Both the position numbers and the translations under genes were made by a program. A DNA stretch of 64,000 bases, taken from contig CAXXHO010000005.1 in NCBI GenBank assembly GCA_963667725.2, positions 352,001 through 416,000 of the forward strand. The letters are read 5' to 3'. Under the pieces are notes generated by a model. The model was not told the origin of the DNA and did not search any database. It worked only from the letters and a program-made list of their open reading frames with translations. Positions within the stretch are counted from its first letter, which is position 1. The number at the start of each line of letters is the position of its first letter. Origin of the DNA: Treponemataceae bacterium. GTDB lineage: Bacteria > Spirochaetota > Spirochaetia > Treponematales > Rectinemataceae. Positions 53,418-62,324 of this stretch are shown here, in pieces.

Positions 53418-53924
53418 ATGAAGGCTAAAATACTTACCGTTGTTATTATTTTTGCATTTGTTTTTTCTGTATTTTCGCAAGAACAACAATCTTTAGAAGA
53501 ATACTTCAACAGTGAAATTATAAAAGTTAGTTATCCCTTCGGAAGTGGGGTTTCATTAAATGTTAATGGTACAACATCAACAATTGGTTGGAGGTTGTCT
53601 CCAGTAATTTCTAATATGCTGAATCAGTACCCAACAAGTAAAGTATCATTTGAACAATATAAAAAAGAAAACAGAACTGGAAATGTATTATTATGGAGTG
53701 GCTTAGGTGGGATGATGGCTAGCACTCTGGTGTTTTCATATAAGAATAGTGATGTAACTGGTAATATTAATTTTAGTGATCCAGTAAATGTTGTATCTTT
53801 TTCAGGAATATTTATTGGATCAATAATTGAAGTTGTAGGCGCATTTATTATGAGTTCAGGATATGAAGACTTATTCAATTCAATTAATCAGTACAATTTA
53901 GAAAAGATTAAGGAATATAAATAA
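53418..53924 (+). CDS. Hypothetical exported/membrane cassette protein
   Basis: Signal peptide MKAKIL...VFS-Q and two hydrophobic segments. Confidence 0.7.
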   Translation: MKAKILTVVIIFAFVFSVFSQEQQSLEEYFNSEIIKVSYPFGSGVSLNVNGTTSTIGWRLSPVISNMLNQYPTSKVSFEQYKKENRTGNVLLWSGLGGMMASTLVFSYKNSDVTGNINFSDPVNVVSFSGIFIGSIIEVVGAFIMSSGYEDLFNSINQYNLEKIKEYK

Positions 53925-53935
53925 AGCATATTAAG

Positions 53936-54027
53936 ATCTAACATCTGCTTCGACCCTATAACGCCCTTTGTCATGGTTTGTGCAGAACAACAATGCACAA
54001 ACCACGCCAATTCTTCGCTTCGCTCAG
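53936..54027 (+). repeat. attC 5' part, truncated by IS1634 copy 2
   Basis: ATCTAAC-atct-GCTTCGACC...cgCTCAG, then IS. Confidence 0.85.
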
Positions 54028-55950
54028 CTGACGTTGTACAGCGTGTGGTATAATACAGTAAGCAATAAAGCAGCTTAATATATTATACTGACAACAAATA
54101 ACTAAAAACGGACTGTACAAAAAGCATGATGCAAATGCGGTATAAGATATTTATAAATATTCGAAATAAAACTTTACAGATAAAACACTATGTTGTATAA
54201 TTAGCGGTATAATGAACGTACGGAAATGTACCCTAAAGAATGCTCAAGGCGGTACCTATACGTACCTTCAACTTGTGCACAACTACCGCGTCAAGGAAAC
54301 AGGAAAGACCAAAACCAATGTCCTTATGAAGCTCGGACGGGAAGATCAGATCGAGCCTTCCTACATCCAGGCGATCATCAAGGCACTGTCTGCGGTCTTA
54401 GGCGAATATCCTTCTGAAGTCCCCGCCGGATTTGACTTCCATTCAAGTCGGGAGCTTGGGGGCACCTGGCTTCTAGATGCCCTATGGAATCGTCTTGGCA
54501 TGGCAAAGGCTATCAAAGGGCTTCTTAACGAACGCCAGTTCGCCACACCCGTCGAACGGCTCTGCTTTGCCATGGTTGCAGGCAGGATCCTGGCTCCGGG
54601 TTCGAAGCTTTCTCTTGAACACTGGGTTTCAAAGAAAGCATATATCAGGGATCTTGTGAACGTCGATGTTCACAATCTTTACCGGGCGATGGATCTTCTT
54701 GTGGAGTCGAGCGAAGAACTCCAGAAGCACATATTTACCGAAGTATCAAAGAATGCCCACCTTGATGTGGATCTTATCTTTCTTGATACGACGAACACCT
54801 ATTTCGAGACCGACGAAGATGCTTCCGGTTCAGGGCTTTTAAAACGTGGCCACAGTAAAGATGGACACCCCGAGCTACCGTTGGTTTCGATTGCCTTTGC
54901 GGTGACGCGTAGCGGCATTCCTATTCGCTGCTGGGTATTCCCGGGCAACACGAGCGACCAGACGATCGTCGAGCAGGTGAAAGGTGATCTAGGACAGTGG
55001 AATCTTGGTCATGTCGTCATGGTCCAAGATGCAGGATTCAATAGTGCCGACAACAGAAGAATCCTTTTACGGGAATGCGGTGACTATATCATCGGCGAAA
55101 AGCTCCGCGTTGGTACCGATGGCGCCGCGGTAGAAGCCCTACACCGGAAAGGGCGATTCAGGATCCTGGAAAGTGGCCTCGCGATTAAAGATGTCGTCCT
55201 CGATGCAGGGAAAGCCACGGAGCGCCGATTCATCATCGTCAAGAATCCGGAAGCCGAAACGCGCGACCATGTCATACGCGAACAAATCGTCGATGCTACG
55301 AAGCGCAAGCTTGATGAACTGTCGCAGTATACGGGGAAAGCACACACGAAAGCGGCGTGTGCGCTACGCTCTCATTCCGCCTATGGCAGATACATTAGGC
55401 AGGATACGAAGGGTGTCTTGCACCTCGACACCGCCAAGATAGCCTCAGAGGAACTCCTTGATGGCAAGTTTCTAGTGTCGACGTCCAGCATGAAGCTGGA
55501 TGCTGCCGATATTGTTGCCGGCTATAAGCAGCTCTGGGCCATAGAGCGGGTATTCAAGGATATGAAAAACACCTTGGATATTCGTCCCATATACCACCGA
55601 CTTGATGATCGTATTCGAAGCCATATTCTTATTTGCTGGCTTGCCATGGTGCTGGTACGGTATGCAGAGAATATGGCGGACCGGTCGTGGTACCAGATTG
55701 AAAAAGTTCTGTCCGATGTTACTGCAGGGCTTATTGAGAGCGACAATGTAAGCCTCTGGTATTGCTCTGATATTTCCGACGAGGCGAAGGACATTTTCAA
55801 GCGCTTAACTATTGAATTACCAAAGAAAGTTCTTGCTACAGTAGCAAGAGATCCTGTTGCGGTATAAAAGATTTTCGACTGCAATCGTATAACTCTATTA
55901 TTTATAGAGTATTAGCAAGATTTTCTATACCGCGCACTGTACAACGCCAG
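54028..55950 (+). mobile_element. IS1634-family element A, copy 2 (1923 bp)
   Basis: Same ends as copy 1 and an identical translated protein. Confidence 0.88.
54212..55867 (+). CDS. IS1634-family transposase
   Basis: Identical 551 aa protein to 48036-49691. Confidence 0.9.
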   Translation: MNVRKCTLKNAQGGTYTYLQLVHNYRVKETGKTKTNVLMKLGREDQIEPSYIQAIIKALSAVLGEYPSEVPAGFDFHSSRELGGTWLLDALWNRLGMAKAIKGLLNERQFATPVERLCFAMVAGRILAPGSKLSLEHWVSKKAYIRDLVNVDVHNLYRAMDLLVESSEELQKHIFTEVSKNAHLDVDLIFLDTTNTYFETDEDASGSGLLKRGHSKDGHPELPLVSIAFAVTRSGIPIRCWVFPGNTSDQTIVEQVKGDLGQWNLGHVVMVQDAGFNSADNRRILLRECGDYIIGEKLRVGTDGAAVEALHRKGRFRILESGLAIKDVVLDAGKATERRFIIVKNPEAETRDHVIREQIVDATKRKLDELSQYTGKAHTKAACALRSHSAYGRYIRQDTKGVLHLDTAKIASEELLDGKFLVSTSSMKLDAADIVAGYKQLWAIERVFKDMKNTLDIRPIYHRLDDRIRSHILICWLAMVLVRYAENMADRSWYQIEKVLSDVTAGLIESDNVSLWYCSDISDEAKDIFKRLTIELPKKVLATVARDPVAV

Positions 55951-55991
55951 TTGTCTGTAAAAGAATTCACAATGAAAGCGTTAAGTATCAT
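55951..55991 (-). pseudogene. 5' stub of a PhzF-like cassette gene
   Basis: GGAG RBS, then MILNAFIVNSFTD, cut by the IS. Confidence 0.4.
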
Positions 55992-56043
55992 AAACTCCAA
56001 TACCTTTTCATATTTTCATTACATTAGGGCGCCGAAGGCGTCT

Positions 56044-56159
56044 ACCTAACATTGGCTTAACCTTTAAATCCGTGCCCGAAGGGCTTAGCGTGGTTTGTGC
56101 ATTGTTGTTCTTGCACAAACCATGACAAAGGATTTATAAGGTTGAAGCAGTTGTTCGAT
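56044..56159 (-). repeat. attC site
   Basis: Minus strand ATCGAAC...GTTAGGT. Confidence 0.9.
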
Positions 56160-56164
56160 GCTTC

Positions 56165-56503
56165 TTATCTTATTATTACTTCTATTTTTTCTATTACTTC
56201 TTCCATTTTTTTGTCTCCAATTTTTTCTATAAATTCTATATTTCTTTCTCTCCAATCTAAACTCTTTATCTGATCACTTAATACAGAGCCTTTTATCTTT
56301 TTTAACTCTAACTCAACTTCAAATGGATATCCCTTTACCTTACTTGTAATTGGGCAAAATAATGCTAATCCAATTTTCTCATTATATGCTTTAAATGATA
56401 ATGTGAGTGCTGGTCTTCTTCCCCTTTGTTCATGGCCCAATTGTGGGTTGAAGTCCAACCAAACAATGTCTCCTCTCTCAGGAATATAGCTTTTACTTAC
56501 CAT
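56165..56503 (-). CDS. mazF: MazF/PemK endoribonuclease toxin
   Basis: PERGDIVWLDFNPQLGHEQRGRRPA, CPITS, DQIKSLDW. Confidence 0.92.
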   Translation of the reverse strand: MVSKSYIPERGDIVWLDFNPQLGHEQRGRRPALTLSFKAYNEKIGLALFCPITSKVKGYPFEVELELKKIKGSVLSDQIKSLDWRERNIEFIEKIGDKKMEEVIEKIEVIIR

Positions 56504-56730
56504 TCTTCTTTTCCTATTGAAGATCCAGTATCAACAAAGGCATGCAGATTTTCTTCTTTTACTTGAGAAAGAAGTGATTCAAGCGTCGTTTTCTTTGGAA
56601 GAATAACAAGCTTTCCACCATCTTCCAATATTTCTACTGAGCTTCCACCCTTAAGATCAAATTCTTTCACATACAGCGAAGGAATACGTATACCAAGGCT
56701 ATTACCCCATTTTTGAACAACTGTTTTCAT
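56497..56730 (-). CDS. mazE: MazE/AbrB antitoxin
   Basis: KWGNSLGIRIP. Own promoter TTGACA (56777-56772), N17, TATACT. Confidence 0.9.
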   Translation of the reverse strand: MKTVVQKWGNSLGIRIPSLYVKEFDLKGGSSVEILEDGGKLVILPKKTTLESLLSQVKEENLHAFVDTGSSIGKEEW

Positions 56731-56816
56731 AAGAACCTCCACAATAATAGTATACACATTGTATATCTATTTGTCAAGTATACATTGTATATACTATTTG
56801 GGCGCCGAAGGCGTCC

Positions 56817-56931
56817 ATCGAACATTCGTTTAACCTTTAAATCCGTGCCCGAAGGGCTTGGCGCGTTTTGTGCATTGTTGTTCTGCACAAAACGTGCCAA
56901 AGGATTTATAAGGTTGAAACGGTTGTTCGAT
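56817..56931 (-). repeat. attC site
   Basis: Minus strand ATCGAAC...GTTCGAT. Confidence 0.9.
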
Positions 56932-56989
56932 GTCTTCTTTTTGTTATATTTAAATAATTAATATTTATAATTATCTATCACCCTTCAAT

Positions 56990-57412
56990 TTACTTATTTC
57001 TTATTGCAATTGGATGATCTTTATTCAGCTGTAAAAGGTCCCACAAGTTTCCATAAAGATCTTCAAATACAGCTACCATTCCATAATCTGCTTTTTTAGG
57101 CTCTCTAATAAACTTAATTCCCTCTTTTATCATATTTTTATAATCTCTCCAAAAATCATCGGTATTAAGAAATAAAAACACTCTTCCACCGGTTTGATTT
57201 CCAATAAATGGTTCTTGTTCTGACTTAGATGCTTTAGCAAGTAATATGGTAGTTCCAGAACCTCCAGGAGGAGCAATAACTACCCATCGTTTATTCTGTT
57301 CAGGCTGATATGTGTCTTCAATGAGAACAAAATTTAGTTTCTTTATATAGAAATTAAGTGCCTCATCATAATCTTTTACAACGAGTGCTATATGTACAAT
57401 TGATTGTTTCAT
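56990..57412 (-). CDS. VOC/glyoxalase family protein
   Basis: HIALVV.DYDEA, GNQTGGRV, FEDLYGNLWDL. Confidence 0.88.
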   Translation of the reverse strand: MKQSIVHIALVVKDYDEALNFYIKKLNFVLIEDTYQPEQNKRWVVIAPPGGSGTTILLAKASKSEQEPFIGNQTGGRVFLFLNTDDFWRDYKNMIKEGIKFIREPKKADYGMVAVFEDLYGNLWDLLQLNKDHPIAIRNK

Positions 57413-57496
57413 AGTCCACCAATGTTAAATGTAAATATCAATAGCTTCTACAAATAGAACGTATGCATTTTTAAATTTTTTGCGCCGAAGGCGTCC

Positions 57497-57623
57497 ATCG
57501 AACATTCGTTTAACCTTTAAACCACATTCCTGAGCGAAGCGAGGGATTGGCACGTGTTTTTGCATGAGATTTCATGCAAAAACCGTGACAACGTGGTTTA
57601 TAAGGTTGAAACGGTTGTTATAA
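57497..57623 (-). repeat. attC site of the recombinase cassette
   Basis: Minus strand TTATAAC...GTTCGAT. Confidence 0.9.
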
Positions 57624-57686
57624 GTCTTCCTTTCTATACTATGTATCGTATAATCACAATATTTCTGCATTTTAAAAGGAATAAAT

Positions 57687-58571
57687 ATGGGCACACTAAA
57701 AAACAAAATGGTAGACAATATGATCGCTCATGGATATTCAGATAAAACAATAAAACTGTATACTTGTTGTGTTAAATGCTTTTCTTATCATTATATGAAG
57801 TCTCCTCTTAAAATTACTTATCAAGAAATTGAGTCCTTTTTCCTCTACTTAAGAAAACAGAAAAAAAGTGAATCAACAATACATATTTACTACGAAGCAT
57901 TAAAATTCTTCTATTCAATGTACAATCTAAAAGAACGAATTCCATACTTCAATTTTTCTCATTGTAATAATAGACTACCGGAAGTCCTATGCCAAAATGA
58001 AGTTTTTCAACTCTTGGAACAATGTAATAGCTTAAAGTATCGTACTATTTTGACACTGATCTACTCTGCTGGCCTACGCGTCTCAGAAGCCGCAAAACTC
58101 AAGCTGTCAGATATCGATTTTAACCGAAAGCAAATATTCGTACGAAATGGAAAGAATAAGAAAGATCGGTATACTCTACTTGCTAATGAAACCATCCTGA
58201 TCTTAAAGCAATATATGCAAATATATAATCCCGTAGATTATGTTTTTTATACTAATGATATAGCAAAAAGCATATCTACAGACTGTATCCAACAATACTT
58301 TAAGAAGTTACTATCACAGTGTAATATAAGTAAGACTATTCATGTGCATACTTTACGCCATTGTTTTGCAACCCATTTACTAGAAAATGGAACAAGCATT
58401 TTTTATATCATGCATTTACTTGGTCATTCCAATATTCAGACTACAATGATATATCTTCATATGCGGTCTTTAGAAAACCTGAATATTGTATCTCCCATGG
58501 ATAATCATCATTTTGACCCGACGAAAACACCTACAATAGTAGGTCATCAGATGCTTCTACAATCGGCTTAA
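57687..58571 (+). CDS. Tyrosine recombinase, IntI-related, without the IntI-specific insertion
   Basis: N-terminal SAM-like domain (GYSDKTIKLY); complete R-K-HxxR-H-Y set (GLRVSE, GKNKKDR, HTLRH, LGHS, TMIY); C-terminal SPMD. Confidence 0.9.
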   Translation: MGTLKNKMVDNMIAHGYSDKTIKLYTCCVKCFSYHYMKSPLKITYQEIESFFLYLRKQKKSESTIHIYYEALKFFYSMYNLKERIPYFNFSHCNNRLPEVLCQNEVFQLLEQCNSLKYRTILTLIYSAGLRVSEAAKLKLSDIDFNRKQIFVRNGKNKKDRYTLLANETILILKQYMQIYNPVDYVFYTNDIAKSISTDCIQQYFKKLLSQCNISKTIHVHTLRHCFATHLLENGTSIFYIMHLLGHSNIQTTMIYLHMRSLENLNIVSPMDNHHFDPTKTPTIVGHQMLLQSA

Positions 58572-58590
58572 CATTCTGCCCGAAGGGTCC

Positions 58591-58714
58591 TTATAACATT
58601 GGCTTAACCCTTAACGCCTGTTCCTGAGCGAAGCGAAGGATTGGCGTGGTTTGTGCATTGTTGTTCTGCACAAACCATGACAAAGGATTTACAAGGTTGA
58701 AGCACGTGTTAGAA
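58591..58714 (-). repeat. attC site (chimeric arms)
   Basis: Minus strand TTCTAAC...GTTATAA. Confidence 0.88.
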
Positions 58715-58777
58715 TTCTTCATTTCTAATATAATATGTTCATTATTTCTATACTAATTATCATTTTATATGTTTTTA

Positions 58778-59119
58778 TCATCCCCAAAAACAACAATATT
58801 TATCATCTTCTACTGTCTTTATAAAGGCATTCAATGTTTTTACTTCTTCTTTTGGCTCATACGAGTGCCATTTTGAGTCTGCTCTCATCCAATATATCTT
58901 CCATATATTTTCTTTATGGATATATGTAGTCTTTGCAATAGGAGACTCAACTTTTTTCTTACTCATAATTTCTCTAATTTCAAATATTATTATACTTTGC
59001 CGTTCAATTTTATAACTAATATCTATTTTATTTCGAATATCTTCTTTTGGACGTATTTTTTCAATATAATCTTCAATTATTTTTGAGTATTTCTTTATCT
59101 CTTCTTCTGTAAATGCCAT
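58778..59119 (-). CDS. DUF3024 family protein
   Basis: PIAK..Y....WKIYWMRAD.KWH.YEP...CFWG. Confidence 0.82.
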   Translation of the reverse strand: MAFTEEEIKKYSKIIEDYIEKIRPKEDIRNKIDISYKIERQSIIIFEIREIMSKKKVESPIAKTTYIHKENIWKIYWMRADSKWHSYEPKEEVKTLNAFIKTVEDDKYCCFWG

Positions 59120-59222
59120 TGTATCCTCTTAATATGATTAAATTTATTTCTTTAGATTTTAATTACATTTTTATTACTAATATAATCTCAACTTTTAATT
59201 TACTCTTGCGCCGAAGGCGTCA

Positions 59223-59344
59223 TCCTAACATTGGCTTAACCGGTAATTCCGTGCCCGAAGGGCTTGGCGCGGTTTGTGCATAAAGAGCGAAGCGATTGCA
59301 TAAACCGTGACAAAGGAATTATCCGGTTGAAGCAGTTGTTAGCC
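59223..59344 (-). repeat. attC site
   Basis: Minus strand GGCTAAC...GTTAGGA. Confidence 0.88.
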
Positions 59345-60301
59345 ATTTCTTTTTGTATATTTTGTCATCCGTCCATTACCAGTCGTTTCCAATACTCCAT
59401 CTAGTATTAGCTGTTTCAAATCTCTGCTTGCTGTTGCTGTCGATATCCCTTTATTTACTTTTATATACTCTTTCCTATCAAACCATCCAACTAATATAGA
59501 AAGTGCATAATCAGCTCTCTTTTTATAGTCAATATTTGGTATCTTTGTGCCTTCTATAGTCTTTCTTAGGCTCTCATTAATCACTTCAAGCATAAATTCT
59601 ATAAATTGTGTCGACTTTCCCTCATTATCAGAATCCTCTAATACTTTATAATATTTTTCTTGATTATTTCTAATAGTCTCTTCTATTGGAATGTATTCAA
59701 AAATGGGATTCGCATCCATAAGTAATCTGGTTTGCCAAAACCTACCCATTCTTCCATTTCCATCTTCGAATGGATGGATAAATTCCATCTCATAATGAAA
59801 GACGCAACTTTTTATTATATCAAGATCATTATCTTTCTTAATATAATCAAACAAATCTTTCATCAGCCCAGGAACCATACTATACCCTGGTGCAATATGC
59901 TGTACTTCTTTTCCCTTAATAATCCCAACTTGTTTTTGTCGAAATTTCCCAGGATTATCTACTAATCCTTCCATCAAGATTCCATGAGCTCGTAAAAAAT
60001 CGTTCATTGAGTAAGCTTTTAATTGATTTAATTGATCATATGCCCTAATTGCATTTTGTACCTCAAGTATATCTTTTTTAGGACCTACAACATGCACTTT
60101 ATCAATGATTGCAGTGACATGTTCAATATCTAATGTATTTCCTTCTATTGCCAATGAAGAATGAATAGTTTTTATTCTATTTTGTCTTCTTAACTTAGCT
60201 TCTGGTTTAACCAATAGAAGACTTTTACATTGCCCTAAAGCCTCACTTATCTGTCCATATAGAAAGAGGATTCTATTTGTTATCGCATATGGCGGTTTCA
60301 T
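59339..60301 (-). CDS. Fic family protein
   Basis: SLAIEGN, HPFEDGNGRMGR, C-terminal HTH. The stop codon lies inside R''. Confidence 0.9.
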   Translation of the reverse strand: MKPPYAITNRILFLYGQISEALGQCKSLLLVKPEAKLRRQNRIKTIHSSLAIEGNTLDIEHVTAIIDKVHVVGPKKDILEVQNAIRAYDQLNQLKAYSMNDFLRAHGILMEGLVDNPGKFRQKQVGIIKGKEVQHIAPGYSMVPGLMKDLFDYIKKDNDLDIIKSCVFHYEMEFIHPFEDGNGRMGRFWQTRLLMDANPIFEYIPIEETIRNNQEKYYKVLEDSDNEGKSTQFIEFMLEVINESLRKTIEGTKIPNIDYKKRADYALSILVGWFDRKEYIKVNKGISTATASRDLKQLILDGVLETTGNGRMTKYTKRNG

Positions 60302-60348
60302 ATCACCTCTATGATAGCATCATTTGATACTATCTGCAAGCTAAATAT

Positions 60349-60473
60349 GGCTAACATTGGCTTAACCCTTAACGCCTGTTCCTGAGCGAAGCGAAGGATT
60401 GGCGTGGTTTTTGCGTCATCTTCTCGCAAAAACCATGACAAAAGGCGTTATAGGGTTGAAGCGTTTGTTAGAT
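60349..60473 (-). repeat. attC site
   Basis: Minus strand ATCTAAC...GTTAGCC. Confidence 0.9.
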
Positions 60474-60474
60474 T

Positions 60475-61287
60475 TCAGCACTTTCCATTTTGAGCTATAT
60501 ATAACAAATGTTCTGCGCAACCTATGCAATGGGGATCCTCTATAAACTCCATGGCTAAAGTAATACATTCAGAAATCACTTCTTTAGGATACTTCTTTAA
60601 AACTTCTTCATAGGGACCAAGTATGCTCTCAACAGCATAACATCCAATTTTCTTAATCGGAAAAGAACTCATCAATTCTTCGACTTCTTCTATCCTTGAG
60701 AAGTAAGCTGCTGTAAAGCCATCATCACTCACAATATTAGTACCATTACTAAAGTATCCTAACAATGTATTAATGTTTCCAATAACCTTATCTGGATATT
60801 TCTTTAATATGTCAATAATAGGTGCATATGCAGATATGAATGTAGAAGCTATTATTCCATTAGGTTTTAATACCCTTAATGCATTTTCTATGACTTTTTC
60901 TCTATCAGCTTTGTCTGTAAGGTGATAAAGAGGTCCCATGATAAGGACTGCATCATGCTCATTTTCATTAAGATTATTAAGATCAAGAGCATTTCCTACA
61001 ACAAACGAATCTATATGCTCATCGTTATGTATATCATTTTCTCGTGCAAACGCAATATTTTCTTCTGAAAGATCAAATAGCGTGACAGAATACCCTAATC
61101 TTGCTAACCAAAACGAATAATGTCCTGGGCCACCACCTAGATCCAATATTTTTGCTGGTGGTTTTGGTAGATGCTTTAGCAGTAAACGTTTTGTTATTTC
61201 AAATTCTACTGGATGCCTTTCTGCACGCGTCCATTCATGTTCAACCTGTCTATTGTAAAATATTTTTACGATATCGCTATCATGCAT
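60475..61287 (-). CDS. Class I SAM-dependent methyltransferase
   Basis: ILDLGGGPG, MGPLYHL, LKPNG. Start MHDSD follows GGAG. Confidence 0.85.
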   Translation of the reverse strand: MHDSDIVKIFYNRQVEHEWTRAERHPVEFEITKRLLLKHLPKPPAKILDLGGGPGHYSFWLARLGYSVTLFDLSEENIAFARENDIHNDEHIDSFVVGNALDLNNLNENEHDAVLIMGPLYHLTDKADREKVIENALRVLKPNGIIASTFISAYAPIIDILKKYPDKVIGNINTLLGYFSNGTNIVSDDGFTAAYFSRIEEVEELMSSFPIKKIGCYAVESILGPYEEVLKKYPKEVISECITLAMEFIEDPHCIGCAEHLLYIAQNGKC

Positions 61288-61311
61288 TACTATCTCCGAT
61301 ACATTCTGTAA

Positions 61312-61436
61312 ATCTAACATTGGCTTAACCCTTAACGCCTGCTCCTGAGCGTAGCGAAGGATTGGCGTGGTTTTTGCGTCATCTTCTCGCAAAAACCATG
61401 ACAAAAGGCGTTATAGGGTTGAAGCATTTGTTAGAA
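61312..61436 (-). repeat. attC site
   Basis: Minus strand TTCTAAC...GTTAGAT. Confidence 0.9.
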
Positions 61437-61853
61437 ATCTTCTTTTATAAATGGATTGAGTAATTTAATTCCTCTATAATTTTGTCCAGAATTTAAATCT
61501 TCTGATAGAACATATTCACAATTTGCCTTTTCAGCTGCAGCAATTATTAATGAATCCCAAAATGATAGTTGTGATAAAATACTAATATCAATTGCTTGCT
61601 CTATCAAATCTAAATCATTATTTACTATTTCCATATTATGAAAATTATGAATAATATTTTTTACAACTATCGGATCAGCTTTTAATTTATTTGATGCCAC
61701 AACATAAAACTCTTTTATTACTTGAGTAGAAATAGCAGGCTGATGCGATTCTACTACCTTCTTAACTATCTTTCGTGCCATATCCCGTTTATCAATATCC
61801 TTTTGATCTAATGTGTACACTAGGATATTTGTATCTATGAATATTTTAGACAC
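61431..61853 (-). CDS. vapC: PIN-domain toxin
   Basis: FIDTNILVY, STQVIKEF, SFWDSLI, SEDL. Confidence 0.88.
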   Translation of the reverse strand: MSKIFIDTNILVYTLDQKDIDKRDMARKIVKKVVESHQPAISTQVIKEFYVVASNKLKADPIVVKNIIHNFHNMEIVNNDLDLIEQAIDISILSQLSFWDSLIIAAAEKANCEYVLSEDLNSGQNYRGIKLLNPFIKEDF

Positions 61854-62070
61854 GATAAAGTTCCTCTCTTGTCCACGTCACATTCTCTGAAGATACTTGA
61901 AGCTTATCCATTAAAGAAAAGGTATCATCAAGCCATTGATCTTTTGTAGAGAGGACAGTTTGTTCAACCAATCTTCTAACAAGGACATTGAATGATACAT
62001 TATGCTTACGCGCATAATCCCTTCCAGCCTTGAGTACTTTTTCATCCATCGAAAGAGTAATATTCTTCAT
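61846..62070 (-). CDS. Antitoxin (DUF6364/RHH-like)
   Basis: MKNITLS.D...WTREELY. Promoter TTGACA (62115-62110), N17, TATACT. Confidence 0.78.
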   Translation of the reverse strand: MKNITLSMDEKVLKAGRDYARKHNVSFNVLVRRLVEQTVLSTKDQWLDDTFSLMDKLQVSSENVTWTREELYRV

Positions 62071-62194
62071 ACCTTACCTCATACACAGTATATGTGCACA
62101 CTATGTAATTGTCAAGTCTACAACATACTGTAATTGATGTTGAACTATTTCTTTATACCAGTGAATATTATTATCTTCCTGCGCGGGAGCGTCT

Positions 62195-62319
62195 TTCTAA
62201 CATTGGCTTGACCCTTAACGCCCGCTCCTGAGCGAAGCGAAGGATTGGCGTGGTTTGTGCATGGGATTTCTGCACAAACCATGACAAAGGGCGTTATAGG
62301 GTCGAAGCAGGTGTTAGGC
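62195..62319 (-). repeat. attC site
   Basis: Minus strand GCCTAAC...GTTAGAA. Confidence 0.9.
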
Positions 62320-62324
62320 GAAAA

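Noticed and set aside
47953..55950. Incoming composite transposon carrying TA genes
   Set aside because: The outer flanks (CTGAG versus TTGTC) are not a direct duplication, and the interior belongs to the same attC array.
57687..58571. Canonical intI with an adjacent attI, or chromosomal xerC/xerD
   Set aside because: It lacks the IntI insertion, is flanked by complete attCs on both sides, and is AT-rich unlike the host core genes.
61288..61404. N-terminal extension of the methyltransferase ORF
   Set aside because: It is read-through across an attC; the RBS supports a start at 61287.
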